A stretch of DNA of 64,000 nucleotides from a virus. The DNA lies in IMG/VR virus record IMGVR_UViG_3300005805_000047, positions 32,001-96,000 of that record, one strand, 5' to 3'. Below are positions 48,171 through 57,622 of the stretch, piece by piece. A program made the position numbers and the translations under genes. The notes under the pieces are model-generated. The model saw nothing but the letters and a program-made list of their open reading frames with translations, did no database searches and was not told the DNA's origin. Within the stretch, counting starts at the first letter, position 1, and each line of letters starts with the position of its first letter.

Positions 48171-48572
48171 TTGCCGATTGGCGACATGGCTCGATACACC
48201 AAAGAACAAATAAGGCAAGCCAACAGAATTGCCGTCTCCATGATTCCCGATCACCCTATGGGTTTCATGTCCAGCAACTTTCCGTGGTTGCTGTCCGATG
48301 TGTCACCTTGGGACATGACACTCAAAATTCTCAATCGTGGAACGGCGGTGTTCCGGCAGGACGAGATACACACAATTCAGCGAACAATAGCCAAAGACAA
48401 GCTTTTTTCCATGGTTGCCAACCCAGAAGCAGTCGTAAGTTCGCCGAAGCCGGAGGTCATTCGCGTCAATGGCGCTGACCTGATTTACAATGGACATCAC
48501 AGGTTGGCAACATTCTGGATTTACGGAGAAATAGAAGTGGAATGCCTTCTCTTGGAAGCCGAAAGGGTTTGA
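48171..48572 (+). CDS. ParB/Srx-like domain protein
   Basis: IHTIQ...PEVIRVNG..LIYNGHHRLA. Confidence 0.6.
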   Translation: MPIGDMARYTKEQIRQANRIAVSMIPDHPMGFMSSNFPWLLSDVSPWDMTLKILNRGTAVFRQDEIHTIQRTIAKDKLFSMVANPEAVVSSPKPEVIRVNGADLIYNGHHRLATFWIYGEIEVECLLLEAERV

Positions 48573-48573
48573 C

Positions 48574-48909
48574 ATGAACGGAAACACATTGGGTACATAC
48601 ACGGGAGTAATTCGTGGTGTCAAATTCAAAATGGACGAGCAACATGAACTTGCACCAGCAGAAACAGAGTTTGTCTCTGCCCTCCGTTCAATCGCCGCCA
48701 AGTACGGAAAACTTGCCGACCGAGATGGAAACGGAATCTGGGTGGGTTATGAGTCGGCAGCAGAAAACGAAAATAAACAGATTGGCGTCAAGTGCTCCAA
48801 TTGCGCTTTCTACGAGTCCGAGAAAGTCTGTCAGATTATCGCTGCTAATATAGAGCCAGATGGCTACTGTCGACTCGCGGCGATACATGACAATTTGGTG
48901 AGCAAATAG
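48574..48909 (+). CDS. small protein with HiPIP-like Cys cluster
   Basis: KCSNCAFY.....CQII...IEPDGYC. Confidence 0.55.
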   Translation: MNGNTLGTYTGVIRGVKFKMDEQHELAPAETEFVSALRSIAAKYGKLADRDGNGIWVGYESAAENENKQIGVKCSNCAFYESEKVCQIIAANIEPDGYCRLAAIHDNLVSK

Positions 48910-48960
48910 ACACCTTCCGAATGCTTGCCCATGGACATGGGATGGGCTAATATCAGTGCC

Positions 48961-51006
48961 ATGAAAGTACTATCACTTTTTTCTGGCGTTGGCGGCTTCG
49001 ACATGGGTTTGGAGGCGGCCGGATTCAAGACAGCATTTCAATGCGAGTGGGACAAACACTGCATGCGCGTTCTTGACAAACATTGGCCAGATGTTCCCAA
49101 ATGGGGCGATGTATCCACTTTGACGGGAGCGCACGTTATTGCTCAGGCAGGTGCGCCCGATGTAGTTGCTTGGGGAAGTCCGTGTCAAGACCTCTCCGTT
49201 GCTGGAAAAAGGGCCGGCTTGGCCGGAGTGAAATCAGGTTTATTCCATGAAGGTATCCGTATCATCAAAGAAATAAGGGAGCTAACTAATGGTCAATATC
49301 CAAGATTCTCTATTTGGGAAAACGTCCCAGGAGCACTCAGTTCCAACAAAGGCGCTGACTTTGGGGTCGTCCTCGACGAAATGGCTGAGGCAGGGGCACT
49401 GGAGCTCGAGTGGGCAGTCTTGGATGCTCAATTCTTCGGAGTCGCCCAGCGCAGAAGAAGAATCTTCCTGCTTGCTGTCTTCCATCCTGCAGACGCCTCA
49501 AGAAGTAGAGGCAAAATTTTTCCTGTCGCCGAAGGCTTGCCAAGGAATACTAAGGCGCGCGGCAAGAAGGGGAAAAGTGCTCCCGCCACAACTTCAGGAA
49601 GCACTCCGACAAGTGGCAGCGAAAGCGGAGCAGTCTCCTTCCAGCCAGGAACAATGATCCGTGCCACAGGTGGTCACTGGGACGAGCAGGCACCAACACT
49701 GAGGGCAGAAGCAAAAAGTGGCGACAACTCACCCCATGTGGCGCAACCATTCGTAAAGTCTCGTCATGCCAAAGATGCCGAAGACTACGAAACATGGATT
49801 GATGGAACAGTCGCACCAACACTAAATACATTTGAGAACCACTCGGACACACGAGCAACGGTGGCAATAGTTTCACAAGACACAGTGAACGATGTTGCCG
49901 CAACCATAACGGCAAACTATTCCAAGCTTGTCGTAAATTCCATGGCAGAAGAGGGAAACCTACTCCCCGTGACGGTCATTGACCGCGCCGCGTTCAACCA
50001 AGGTCCGAATGCTCAGTACGACACGATCATTAGGGAAGACACGGCTATTCCTGCTCTCGTCGCTCGTGGTCCACACGCAGTTGGGCAACAGGTTCAGTCC
50101 GATGACGACATAGTGTTTCATGCACACAGACAGGATGGTGTTCGACTACAGGAGAACGGAACAGTAAACACGCTCACTGCATTTATGGGAACCGGTGGAC
50201 TCAACACACCAATGGTTGCTCAAAATGGTGAGCCAGTCATTGGGTTTGAGCCAGGTGCAATGTCACGTTTGGCCTCACCTCACTATTGGGAGGAAATGAG
50301 TCCGACCCTTCGCGCCGAAATGGGAGATAATCAAGCGGCGGCAGCCATACCCATAGCAATACCGATTCAGGACGGACGCGAAATGGAAAAGAACCAAAAC
50401 GGCATGGGTGTAGGAGAGCCAAATGATCCGTCATACACCTTGGATCAAACCGGTGCCCAATCAATTGCTTATTCCGTCAGGGAAGATGCGACGGTCGGCA
50501 ACTTCAGTGCCACCGAAATAGATGTGGCAAATGCCGTCACGGCACTTCAACCTTCCCCGCAATCACACCATGCACAAACCTTTATTACTCAACCAACAGA
50601 TGATCCGATGTATTCGTTTGACACACAGTTCGGGGCAATGTCTGCTGTATTTGAAAATCAGTCGCCAACACTTAAGGCAACCCAGCTTCCCTCAAGCGTG
50701 GCATACCAGTACGACGGGTATAACCAGAAGTTAGACGAGGGCGACGGTGTATATAGGTCGCTTCGCGTGGGTAGGGATCCAAGTGACTTCGTCATGCAGT
50801 CAACATCTATGGTTATTAGGCGTTTGACACCCCTTGAATGCGAGCGCTTGATGGGATGGCCAGACGACCACACAAAATACGATGCCGAAGGAAAGGTTAT
50901 TCCTGATACTCAGCGTTACAAGATGTGTGGCAACGGAGTGGCTTCACCTGTTGCGACATGGGTTGCCAACCAAATAAAGGATGTCTACCTAGGGCAGCAA
51001 CCCTGA
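48961..51006 (+). CDS. C5-cytosine DNA methyltransferase with expanded repetitive variable region
   Basis: Motif I LFSGVGG, IV GSPCQDLS, VI WENVPG, VIII QRRRRIF, IX RRLTPLECERLMGWPD, X YKMCGNGV; start 48961 supported by TAATAT 7 nt upstream. Confidence 0.93.
   Translation: MKVLSLFSGVGGFDMGLEAAGFKTAFQCEWDKHCMRVLDKHWPDVPKWGDVSTLTGAHVIAQAGAPDVVAWGSPCQDLSVAGKRAGLAGVKSGLFHEGIRIIKEIRELTNGQYPRFSIWENVPGALSSNKGADFGVVLDEMAEAGALELEWAVLDAQFFGVAQRRRRIFLLAVFHPADASRSRGKIFPVAEGLPRNTKARGKKGKSAPATTSGSTPTSGSESGAVSFQPGTMIRATGGHWDEQAPTLRAEAKSGDNSPHVAQPFVKSRHAKDAEDYETWIDGTVAPTLNTFENHSDTRATVAIVSQDTVNDVAATITANYSKLVVNSMAEEGNLLPVTVIDRAAFNQGPNAQYDTIIREDTAIPALVARGPHAVGQQVQSDDDIVFHAHRQDGVRLQENGTVNTLTAFMGTGGLNTPMVAQNGEPVIGFEPGAMSRLASPHYWEEMSPTLRAEMGDNQAAAAIPIAIPIQDGREMEKNQNGMGVGEPNDPSYTLDQTGAQSIAYSVREDATVGNFSATEIDVANAVTALQPSPQSHHAQTFITQPTDDPMYSFDTQFGAMSAVFENQSPTLKATQLPSSVAYQYDGYNQKLDEGDGVYRSLRVGRDPSDFVMQSTSMVIRRLTPLECERLMGWPDDHTKYDAEGKVIPDTQRYKMCGNGVASPVATWVANQIKDVYLGQQP
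49289..49657 (+). CDS. nested +1-frame ORF inside the C5 MTase (M.EcoHK31I beta-like candidate subunit)
   Basis: AAGGGAG RBS 7 nt before ATG; LSSILQ....VEAKFFLSPKACQGILRRAARRGK.LP. Confidence 0.65.
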   Translation: MVNIQDSLFGKTSQEHSVPTKALTLGSSSTKWLRQGHWSSSGQSWMLNSSESPSAEEESSCLLSSILQTPQEVEAKFFLSPKACQGILRRAARRGKVLPPQLQEALRQVAAKAEQSPSSQEQ

Positions 51007-51348
51007 GGTCTCGGAACCGGCTTTATCATTGCTGGTCCCGGATCCTTCTTCGGTTTCGGTGTTTCGGGATTCGTGGTCATACTCCCATTGTCCCATTTTC
51101 TTGTGGCGTTTCACAAGATCTAGTACTGCAGAATTAGGGGTCCCGCCCCTGCCCACCTTCTCGGCATCTGGCGATTGCCAGAAATCAACAGCATCTTCAT
51201 CTCCGCCGAACACATATTCCGAGTAAGCATCCGACCACATCCAGCCAGCATCGGCATTCGGCAGTGCATGCCACTCCCCGCCCTCATATGTGCCCCCGTA
51301 GCGGGATTGGACAACCATGATTGGATACAAATGAATCAAAATGCTCAT
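50989..51348 (-). CDS. hypothetical protein
   Basis: 119 aa; TAGACT 6 nt before ATG. Confidence 0.6.
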   Translation of the reverse strand: MSILIHLYPIMVVQSRYGGTYEGGEWHALPNADAGWMWSDAYSEYVFGGDEDAVDFWQSPDAEKVGRGGTPNSAVLDLVKRHKKMGQWEYDHESRNTETEEGSGTSNDKAGSETSGLLP

Positions 51349-51404
51349 TTTTACAGTCTAGACAGGTTCCCCAGTTATGGCTGGGCAAATGTATCATTGG
51401 AAGC

Positions 51405-51560
51405 ATGGTATTACCAAAGAATTTCGATAACCCAGATGAGGCATTTGCATTAGCCCAAGCCTACGCCAAATACAGACAGCGCAAGCTTCTCGGCGTGAAC
51501 AGGGAATTGCAGGACGGCCTCAAGGAAGATACGGAGAAACAAAATGACCAAGCCAAATGA
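51405..51560 (+). CDS. small hypothetical protein (MVLPKNFDNPDE...)
   Basis: TATCAT 7 nt before ATG 51405; overlaps the start of the next gene. Confidence 0.45.
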   Translation: MVLPKNFDNPDEAFALAQAYAKYRQRKLLGVNRELQDGLKEDTEKQNDQAK

Positions 51561-52479
51561 CGAAAACGGAAGCAATGCCGCCAATTGGTGGAACTCCAAG
51601 GACAATGAAGAGTTGGAGCAACTTGAGTTTCTTCAGAAAGAAATGATGGCCGCAATGAATAAGCCATCCATGGGTCCGGATGAGGATGAAGACGAAGACA
51701 TGGGTCCCCCAGATTTGCCAGAGGACGACGAAGACATGGGTCCCCCAGATTTGCCAGAGGAAGATGAAATGGCAGACATGTCAGAGGACGACGAAATGGC
51801 GCTTGAGCCAACAGATCGCGAGATGGACATGCAGGATCGCATGAACAACCGCCGAGCACGAGTAGAACGTCGCCCAAGGATGCGCAATAGGGCTGAACGA
51901 ATGATGAAGTCCGGTGCACCACGAGATGTAATGAGCAAAGCCCTGAGGGCAGAAATGGAACTTAAGCGGGCATTTTCCCCAGAGAAACGCAAGGATCTCG
52001 CCAAGCAGGGAATGGCACTACCGGATGGTTCGTTCCCAATCGTCACCGAAGAAGATCTCAAGAATGCGATCATGGCTTTTGGTCGAGCAAAGAGCAAGGC
52101 CGCGGCAAAGCGTCACATAATGAAGCGAGCGCGAGCACTCAAGCGAAATGATTTAATTCCAGAAAACTGGGGCAAGAAAGATGCCAAAGGCGATGGAGTT
52201 ATGTGTCAAGTGACTGGAAAAATGATTCCTGCTGGATCAAAAGTGTGCCCAGAGTGCAAGGGTAACTGCGGAATGATGGGCATGAAGAGTATGTACGGTG
52301 CCAGCATGGAAATGCCTAAAAAGAAAAAGAAAATTCGCTATGGTGAAAAAGAAGCCGATATGGCTGAAATGGAAGACAATGAAATGACTTCACCAATGAG
52401 TCGCGAGGAACTTATGAAGCGTGTCTTTGGCAAGAAAAAGAAGAAGCCAATGTCCGATGAGGGCGAAGCCACAGAATAA
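51544..52479 (+). CDS. Met/acidic-rich protein with PDGSFPI domain (paralogous to C-terminus of 26822-28255)
   Basis: LAKQGMALPDGSFPI....DLKNAI.A.GRA......HI.KRA..L....LIPENW. Confidence 0.7.
   Translation: MTKPNDENGSNAANWWNSKDNEELEQLEFLQKEMMAAMNKPSMGPDEDEDEDMGPPDLPEDDEDMGPPDLPEEDEMADMSEDDEMALEPTDREMDMQDRMNNRRARVERRPRMRNRAERMMKSGAPRDVMSKALRAEMELKRAFSPEKRKDLAKQGMALPDGSFPIVTEEDLKNAIMAFGRAKSKAAAKRHIMKRARALKRNDLIPENWGKKDAKGDGVMCQVTGKMIPAGSKVCPECKGNCGMMGMKSMYGASMEMPKKKKKIRYGEKEADMAEMEDNEMTSPMSREELMKRVFGKKKKKPMSDEGEATE
51691..51761 (+). repeat. 36-bp tandem duplication encoding DEDMGPPDLPE twice
   Basis: GACGAAGACATGGGTCCCCCAGATTTGCCAGAGGA at 51691 and 51727. Confidence 0.9.
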
Positions 52480-52507
52480 TCGCGATAGGTAGTAGGGGAA
52501 TTCTAGA

Positions 52508-53671
52508 ATGTCAACGAACCGTAAAGATATTTATTCCTCCATGCCCGATAGTTCCTTCGGCGGATTCGGAGAAACAATTCGTGAACGCGAAATAGTTCTT
52601 TCACCTATGCGTAGCGAAGCCCCCAAGCGTAAACGTAAGCGCAAGAAGGAAAAGTACCTAGAGGAAAAAAGCATTGAGCAGAAAATGCTCATGCAGAAAT
52701 CATTTGAGCGCACATTCTCAAAGCGCATCAACGAACTTGATGATGAGACATTGGACATTCTCTTCCCAGAGGGAGACGATGCCGCCATCGATAAGTTCAT
52801 TTCAGAGATAGATGACAAGTGGTTGTTTGATACTGCTGGGGCATTCATCCGCAGAACCCTTACTGGACGTCGCCGTCGCCGAAGGAAGTCCGCTGATGCT
52901 GGGATTGAGATTAAAGGCGAATATACCAAGCCAGAATTGCGCGAACGAATCAAGAGACGCGTCATGGCGGGATCAAAGGGTGGGAAACCAGGTCAATGGT
53001 CTGCCCGTAAGGCCCAGTTGGTCGCCCAAGAGTACGAGAAGGCAGGTGGTGGTTATAGGGGCAAGAAGTCGGGAACACAACAGTCTCTCTCCAAGTGGAC
53101 AAAAGAGAAGTGGACTACATCTGACGGTAAGCCGGCTATTCGCAAAGGTGGAACGACTCGCTACCTACCGGAAAAGGCATGGAACAATTTGACGCCAGCA
53201 CAAAGAGCTGCAACCAACCGCAAGAAGCGCGAGGGAAGCAGGGGTGGTCGACAGTTTGTCCCCAACACCGATGCTGCCGAACGCGCAGGTGCATCTGCAC
53301 GAAAGAAGAATGATCAGTTGGGGGTTGAAGGGAAGGCTGCAAAGAAACCAGTGCTACGCGACCCAAAGGGTGGCCTAACAGCGGCTGGTCGGGCACACTT
53401 TAAGCGCACCGAGGGTGCGAACCTCAAGCCTGGCGTAAAGGGTGCAGCAGACACGCCAGAGAAGATGAGGCGAAAGGGATCGTTCCTGACGAGGTTCTTC
53501 ACCAACCCGTCCGGTCCGATGGTGGGCGAAAATGGAAAGCCGACTCGCCTTGCTCTTTCCGCAGCGGCGTGGGGTGAACCCGTGCCAAAGAATCGATCTG
53601 ATGCAGCCAAACTTGCCGCCAAGGGGCGCAGACTTCTTGAGCGCTACGAGAAGACCAAGAAAAAGAAGTGA
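52508..53671 (+). CDS. highly basic two-domain protein (DUF5872-like plus DUF6321-like)
   Basis: YTKPELRERIK...GG.PGQWSARKAQL...Y..AGGGY; DPKGGLTAAGR...NLKP...RK.SF..RF...TRLALS..AW; family names from memory. Confidence 0.6.
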   Translation: MSTNRKDIYSSMPDSSFGGFGETIREREIVLSPMRSEAPKRKRKRKKEKYLEEKSIEQKMLMQKSFERTFSKRINELDDETLDILFPEGDDAAIDKFISEIDDKWLFDTAGAFIRRTLTGRRRRRRKSADAGIEIKGEYTKPELRERIKRRVMAGSKGGKPGQWSARKAQLVAQEYEKAGGGYRGKKSGTQQSLSKWTKEKWTTSDGKPAIRKGGTTRYLPEKAWNNLTPAQRAATNRKKREGSRGGRQFVPNTDAAERAGASARKKNDQLGVEGKAAKKPVLRDPKGGLTAAGRAHFKRTEGANLKPGVKGAADTPEKMRRKGSFLTRFFTNPSGPMVGENGKPTRLALSAAAWGEPVPKNRSDAAKLAAKGRRLLERYEKTKKKK

Positions 53672-53928
53672 ACTGGCTCAATGCGCTGATCGTCGGTGCT
53701 GTCGGTGGTCTTGTAGCCAAGCATCTTGAGTGGACCGTTCCGTTCTCGTACTGGCAGCACTGCTTCAAAGTGTGGTGTTACAACCACTCATTCAAGTGGG
53801 AACTGACGAGGTCAGAAAGAAAGCGTTTGTCCTATGACGTCTGTGGCGACGAAGAAAAGTTCCGCTACGAGCAGAGAGCGCGAGAAATAAAGGGGAGACG
53901 CGTCCCCAAGAGCGGTCAAATCAACTAG
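53668..53928 (+). CDS. hypothetical protein with N-terminal hydrophobic helix
   Basis: 86 aa; GTGA overlap. Confidence 0.5.
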   Translation: MNWLNALIVGAVGGLVAKHLEWTVPFSYWQHCFKVWCYNHSFKWELTRSERKRLSYDVCGDEEKFRYEQRAREIKGRRVPKSGQIN

Positions 53929-53998
53929 TACCCCCAAATTGGCACAACACTATCCAGTGATACAATAGTGTTCAAACAGAAATCAAGGAGTTGCACAA

Positions 53999-54292
53999 AT
54001 GTCTGGTTATGCTTTGCAACACGGTCACCTAACTTTGAGCACGACAACTCCCGTAGAGGTTATCGTTGACGACACCGACGAAGTTCAGCACCACCTAAGT
54101 ATGGTGATTCAGAATATAGATTCAGCAGCCACTGTATATTTGGGTGATAGCACTGTTTCTTCTTCTGATTACGGCCACAGACTTCTAGCTGGTCAAAGTT
54201 TTGCCATGGAGAAAATGCCCAGAAAAACACACTTGTTTGCTGTCTCAAGTGTTGCCAATTCCAAAATTGCTGTACTCCGGGTTTCGATGTGA
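53999..54292 (+). CDS. small beta-rich putative virion protein
   Basis: AAGGAG RBS; IQN.....VYLG...V....G..L..G pattern. Confidence 0.6.
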   Translation: MSGYALQHGHLTLSTTTPVEVIVDDTDEVQHHLSMVIQNIDSAATVYLGDSTVSSSDYGHRLLAGQSFAMEKMPRKTHLFAVSSVANSKIAVLRVSM

Positions 54293-55539
54293 GGTTATTT
54301 CCAGCTTCGAGTGGTGGTGGTACATCCATAACACTCAAGGGGAGTGTGGCCAATGCCTCCCTGCTTCCACCCACAGGCAATTCTGTTGGTGATGCCTACA
54401 TCAATGATGACGATGGCAATCTTTATGTGTGGACGGGAACGGCCTGGAATGATGGCGGTCAAATTGTGGGGCCACAAGGCCCTCCGGGGGCCGATGGGGC
54501 CGATGGGGCTGATGCCCTTTGGAATTTTACTGGTGCCTACAGTGTTGGGGCTTCGTATGCCGTTGGCGATCTGGTGACTTACGCTGGACAAACTTGGTAT
54601 CGAATTAATTCAAATGGTGGCAATACTGGGGATACTCCATCGGAGGGCACATTCTGGACACTAATTGCCGCCGAGGGAGATGTTGGTCCGACAGGAACAC
54701 TCAATGACCTTTCTGATGTTGTTATTACTGCCCCAGAAGAGTTTCAAACTCTTGAATACAACGGCACAAACTGGGTTAACACCTACTCTTCTGTAGTTTC
54801 TTATGTAAGAAACGCTGAAGCAACAACTCTTACTACAGGAACGTGCGTATACCTGTTTGGTTCTACTGGCGATCATGCCACGGTAAAACGAGCAGATAAT
54901 AACTCTGACACAACATCGTCGAAAACAGTTGGTCTTGTTGGAGCACCCATCCTTGCATCAGAAAATGGTCCAGTCATTACTCGTGGGTATGTTGACGGTA
55001 TTGATTTAAGCACTGGTTATGCTGCTGGTGATGTTTTGTGGTTGGGTGAAAACGGAGCATTTACCAAAACAAAACCAGTAGCCCCAGACCACCTGGTATT
55101 TATTGGTGTTGTTGTCCGTGCAACCAATAACGGAATTGTCTATGTAGCCACCCAAAACGGTTATGAATTGGACGAATTGCATGACGTTTCCATTGTTGAT
55201 AAAACATCGGGCGATTTGCTTAAGTACAACGGAAGTTTGTGGGTCAACTCCCAGATAAACCTCAACAATCTGTCAGATGTCGTGGTTTCCACACCGCTAG
55301 GTAAGCAACTGCTTGTTTATGACGATGCGACATCGCAGTGGATTAACGCAAACCCAATTGATTCAACTGGTATTGCCTATAAATCCGGCGTACCAGCAAG
55401 CCCTACGTCAACTGGGCAGGTTGGGCAACTAGCCATAGACGGTGTCAATGCAGTTCTTTATGTTTGTACATCTACAAATAACTGGCAGAAAGTTTCACTG
55501 AATGCTGCCAACTTTAGCAATGCCGGCGGCTTTGCGTAA
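54289..55539 (+). CDS. fibre/decoration-like structural protein with short collagen stretch and LxDLxDV repeats
   Basis: GQIVGPQGPPGADGADG; LNDLSDV, LDELHDV, LNNLSDV each followed by L.Y.G..W.N. Confidence 0.7.
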   Translation: MRLFPASSGGGTSITLKGSVANASLLPPTGNSVGDAYINDDDGNLYVWTGTAWNDGGQIVGPQGPPGADGADGADALWNFTGAYSVGASYAVGDLVTYAGQTWYRINSNGGNTGDTPSEGTFWTLIAAEGDVGPTGTLNDLSDVVITAPEEFQTLEYNGTNWVNTYSSVVSYVRNAEATTLTTGTCVYLFGSTGDHATVKRADNNSDTTSSKTVGLVGAPILASENGPVITRGYVDGIDLSTGYAAGDVLWLGENGAFTKTKPVAPDHLVFIGVVVRATNNGIVYVATQNGYELDELHDVSIVDKTSGDLLKYNGSLWVNSQINLNNLSDVVVSTPLGKQLLVYDDATSQWINANPIDSTGIAYKSGVPASPTSTGQVGQLAIDGVNAVLYVCTSTNNWQKVSLNAANFSNAGGFA

Positions 55540-55576
55540 ATTGACAACACTACATCAAGACATACAGGAGATTGAA

Positions 55577-56026
55577 ATGGCAAAAAAAAATGGTGACGGA
55601 ATTGTTTATCACGGCTCAGATTGTGGCGAGGATTACGTTAGGTGGTATGGCCTTGGTGGCAATGGGGTGGGTCAACCTTGCGACCGCTGGCTCGTTGGGC
55701 TTCCGGACTGGGTTTACAAACTGGTGCACTACTTTGATTGGAACTTTAGAGCAGAAGATTTAGCTCTGTATAACAAATCTCTTTATGATGCCTACGCCGA
55801 CATGGTCAGCAAGGGGGGTGGGCTACCACTCAACGGAAAAGTCGTAGACTGGAACGGTACGCCCACTCGTGTTGCAATTGACCCCATCTATGCAGGTCCT
55901 TATTTGGAGGCACGAGAAGCTTTTCGTGCGGAAGTCTATGCAATAAATGGAAACCAAGACACGAGCAACATGCCAGACTTTAGAGAGGTGTCGGTGGATA
56001 TGAATGGCACCAAAGCTTGGGTGTAG
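55577..56026 (+). CDS. hypothetical protein
   Basis: AGGAG RBS before ATG 55577. Confidence 0.65.
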   Translation: MAKKNGDGIVYHGSDCGEDYVRWYGLGGNGVGQPCDRWLVGLPDWVYKLVHYFDWNFRAEDLALYNKSLYDAYADMVSKGGGLPLNGKVVDWNGTPTRVAIDPIYAGPYLEAREAFRAEVYAINGNQDTSNMPDFREVSVDMNGTKAWV

Positions 56027-56029
56027 TAA

Positions 56030-56290
56030 GTGAAAGTCTGGATTGATCAAGACTTATGCACTGGCGATGGCCTATGCGCAGAGATAGCACCTTCTGTTTT
56101 CGTGATGCACACAGACGGTCTTGCTTATGTCAAAGAGGTAACTTGGCCCAATTTGTTTGGCCCAGATGGAACCGGCGACGGACCAAAACTCCAGATGACG
56201 GCAACAGCCGAGGTTCCGGAAAACCTAATTGACGACGTTGTCCAGTCTGCCGAGGATTGCCCTGGGGAGTGCATCTTCATCGAACTCTGA
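56030..56290 (+). CDS. ferredoxin (single-cluster, CxxDxxC...CP)
   Basis: KVWIDQDLCTGDGLCAEIAP.VF...AEDCPGECI. Confidence 0.9.
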   Translation: MKVWIDQDLCTGDGLCAEIAPSVFVMHTDGLAYVKEVTWPNLFGPDGTGDGPKLQMTATAEVPENLIDDVVQSAEDCPGECIFIEL

Positions 56291-56498
56291 GTCTTTCTCC
56301 CATTGGTGGTAGCCGTATTTCCAATCGGATCCATACGGACCTTCGTAAGAATCCACGGCATGCCGTACGGCAAGGTGCATTAGTCCATATGCGGCAAAGA
56401 TAAAACCCAGCAAAATCATGCCCAGCATTATTGCACACTGAGTATGGCTTATCAGATAGTTTTATCTGCTAAATGTGTCACAGTGTTAGTATCTGCCA

Positions 56499-57620
56499 AT
56501 GATCAAAATTGGCAACTGTATAGATTTGCTCTCAGAATTACCCGATTGCTCCGTTGACTCAATTGTCACCGATCCACCGTATGAACTTGGGTTTATGGGG
56601 AAATCATGGGATGCATCGGGCATTGCCTACAACACCGAAGTATGGAAGCAGTGCTTGCGGGTACTGAAACCCGGCGCGCACCTGCTGGCTTTCGGTGGGT
56701 CGCGGACTTATCACCGACTCGCTTGCGCCGTTGAGGATTCCGGCTTTGAGATACGCGATCAGATTATGTGGGTGTACGGTTCTGGGTTCCCCAAATCCCT
56801 GAATGTCGGAAAGCAAGAAGGCTGTGAGCAATGGCAGGGCTGGGGAACTGCACTGAAACCTGCCCACGAACCTATTGTCGTAGCCCGCAAGCCAGTAGAA
56901 GGAACAATTACCAATAATGTTATTCAGTGGGGAACTGGTGCTCTCAACATCGATGCTTGCAGGGTTGAGTTTGTTTCCGACGATGACAAAAAAGAAAGCA
57001 CCACAAAGAACCAGCACGAAGATTTCGGAACGGAACCCATGACGAACAACACCGTCTATGGCGACTACTCAATGGTCAAGCCGGCGAATTACAACCCACC
57101 CGGACGCTGGCCGGCGAACCTTATTCACGACGGGAGTGAAGAAGTCGTCTCGCTGTTCCCGAATAGCAAGGGTGGCGCATACCCAGCACGAAGAGGCGAG
57201 GCAGTGGCGACCTCATTTGCGTCTGGACAGGAAACCGAAGGTGGATTCAGGAAAATGGGCGATGATGGTTCTGCGGCGCGATTCTTCTACTGTGCCAAGG
57301 CATCGACGGCAGAGCGAAATGCAGGATTGGAAGGTTTGCCCAAAAAGAAGGCAGACACCAGAAGTGATGTAGCCGCTGGAATGTGGAAGGACAAGAATGC
57401 TCCCCACCAAAACCATCACCCGACTGTAAAACCAGTAACACTAATGCGTTACTTGGTTCGCTTGATTACACCACCCAATGGCACGGTGCTTGACCCATTC
57501 CTCGGATCTGGGACAACCGCAGTGGCGGCCGTACATGAAAATCTGAACTGGGTCGGTTTTGAGATGAATCCCGAGTATGCCGATATCGCCAGACTAAGAA
57601 GCGAGCATGCTAAGTTCTAG
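56499..57620 (+). CDS. N6-adenine/N4-cytosine DNA methyltransferase (beta arrangement)
   Basis: VTDPPY near N-terminus; HPTVKP; LDPFLGSGTT near C-terminus. Confidence 0.92.
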   Translation: MIKIGNCIDLLSELPDCSVDSIVTDPPYELGFMGKSWDASGIAYNTEVWKQCLRVLKPGAHLLAFGGSRTYHRLACAVEDSGFEIRDQIMWVYGSGFPKSLNVGKQEGCEQWQGWGTALKPAHEPIVVARKPVEGTITNNVIQWGTGALNIDACRVEFVSDDDKKESTTKNQHEDFGTEPMTNNTVYGDYSMVKPANYNPPGRWPANLIHDGSEEVVSLFPNSKGGAYPARRGEAVATSFASGQETEGGFRKMGDDGSAARFFYCAKASTAERNAGLEGLPKKKADTRSDVAAGMWKDKNAPHQNHHPTVKPVTLMRYLVRLITPPNGTVLDPFLGSGTTAVAAVHENLNWVGFEMNPEYADIARLRSEHAKF

Positions 57621-57622
57621 GC

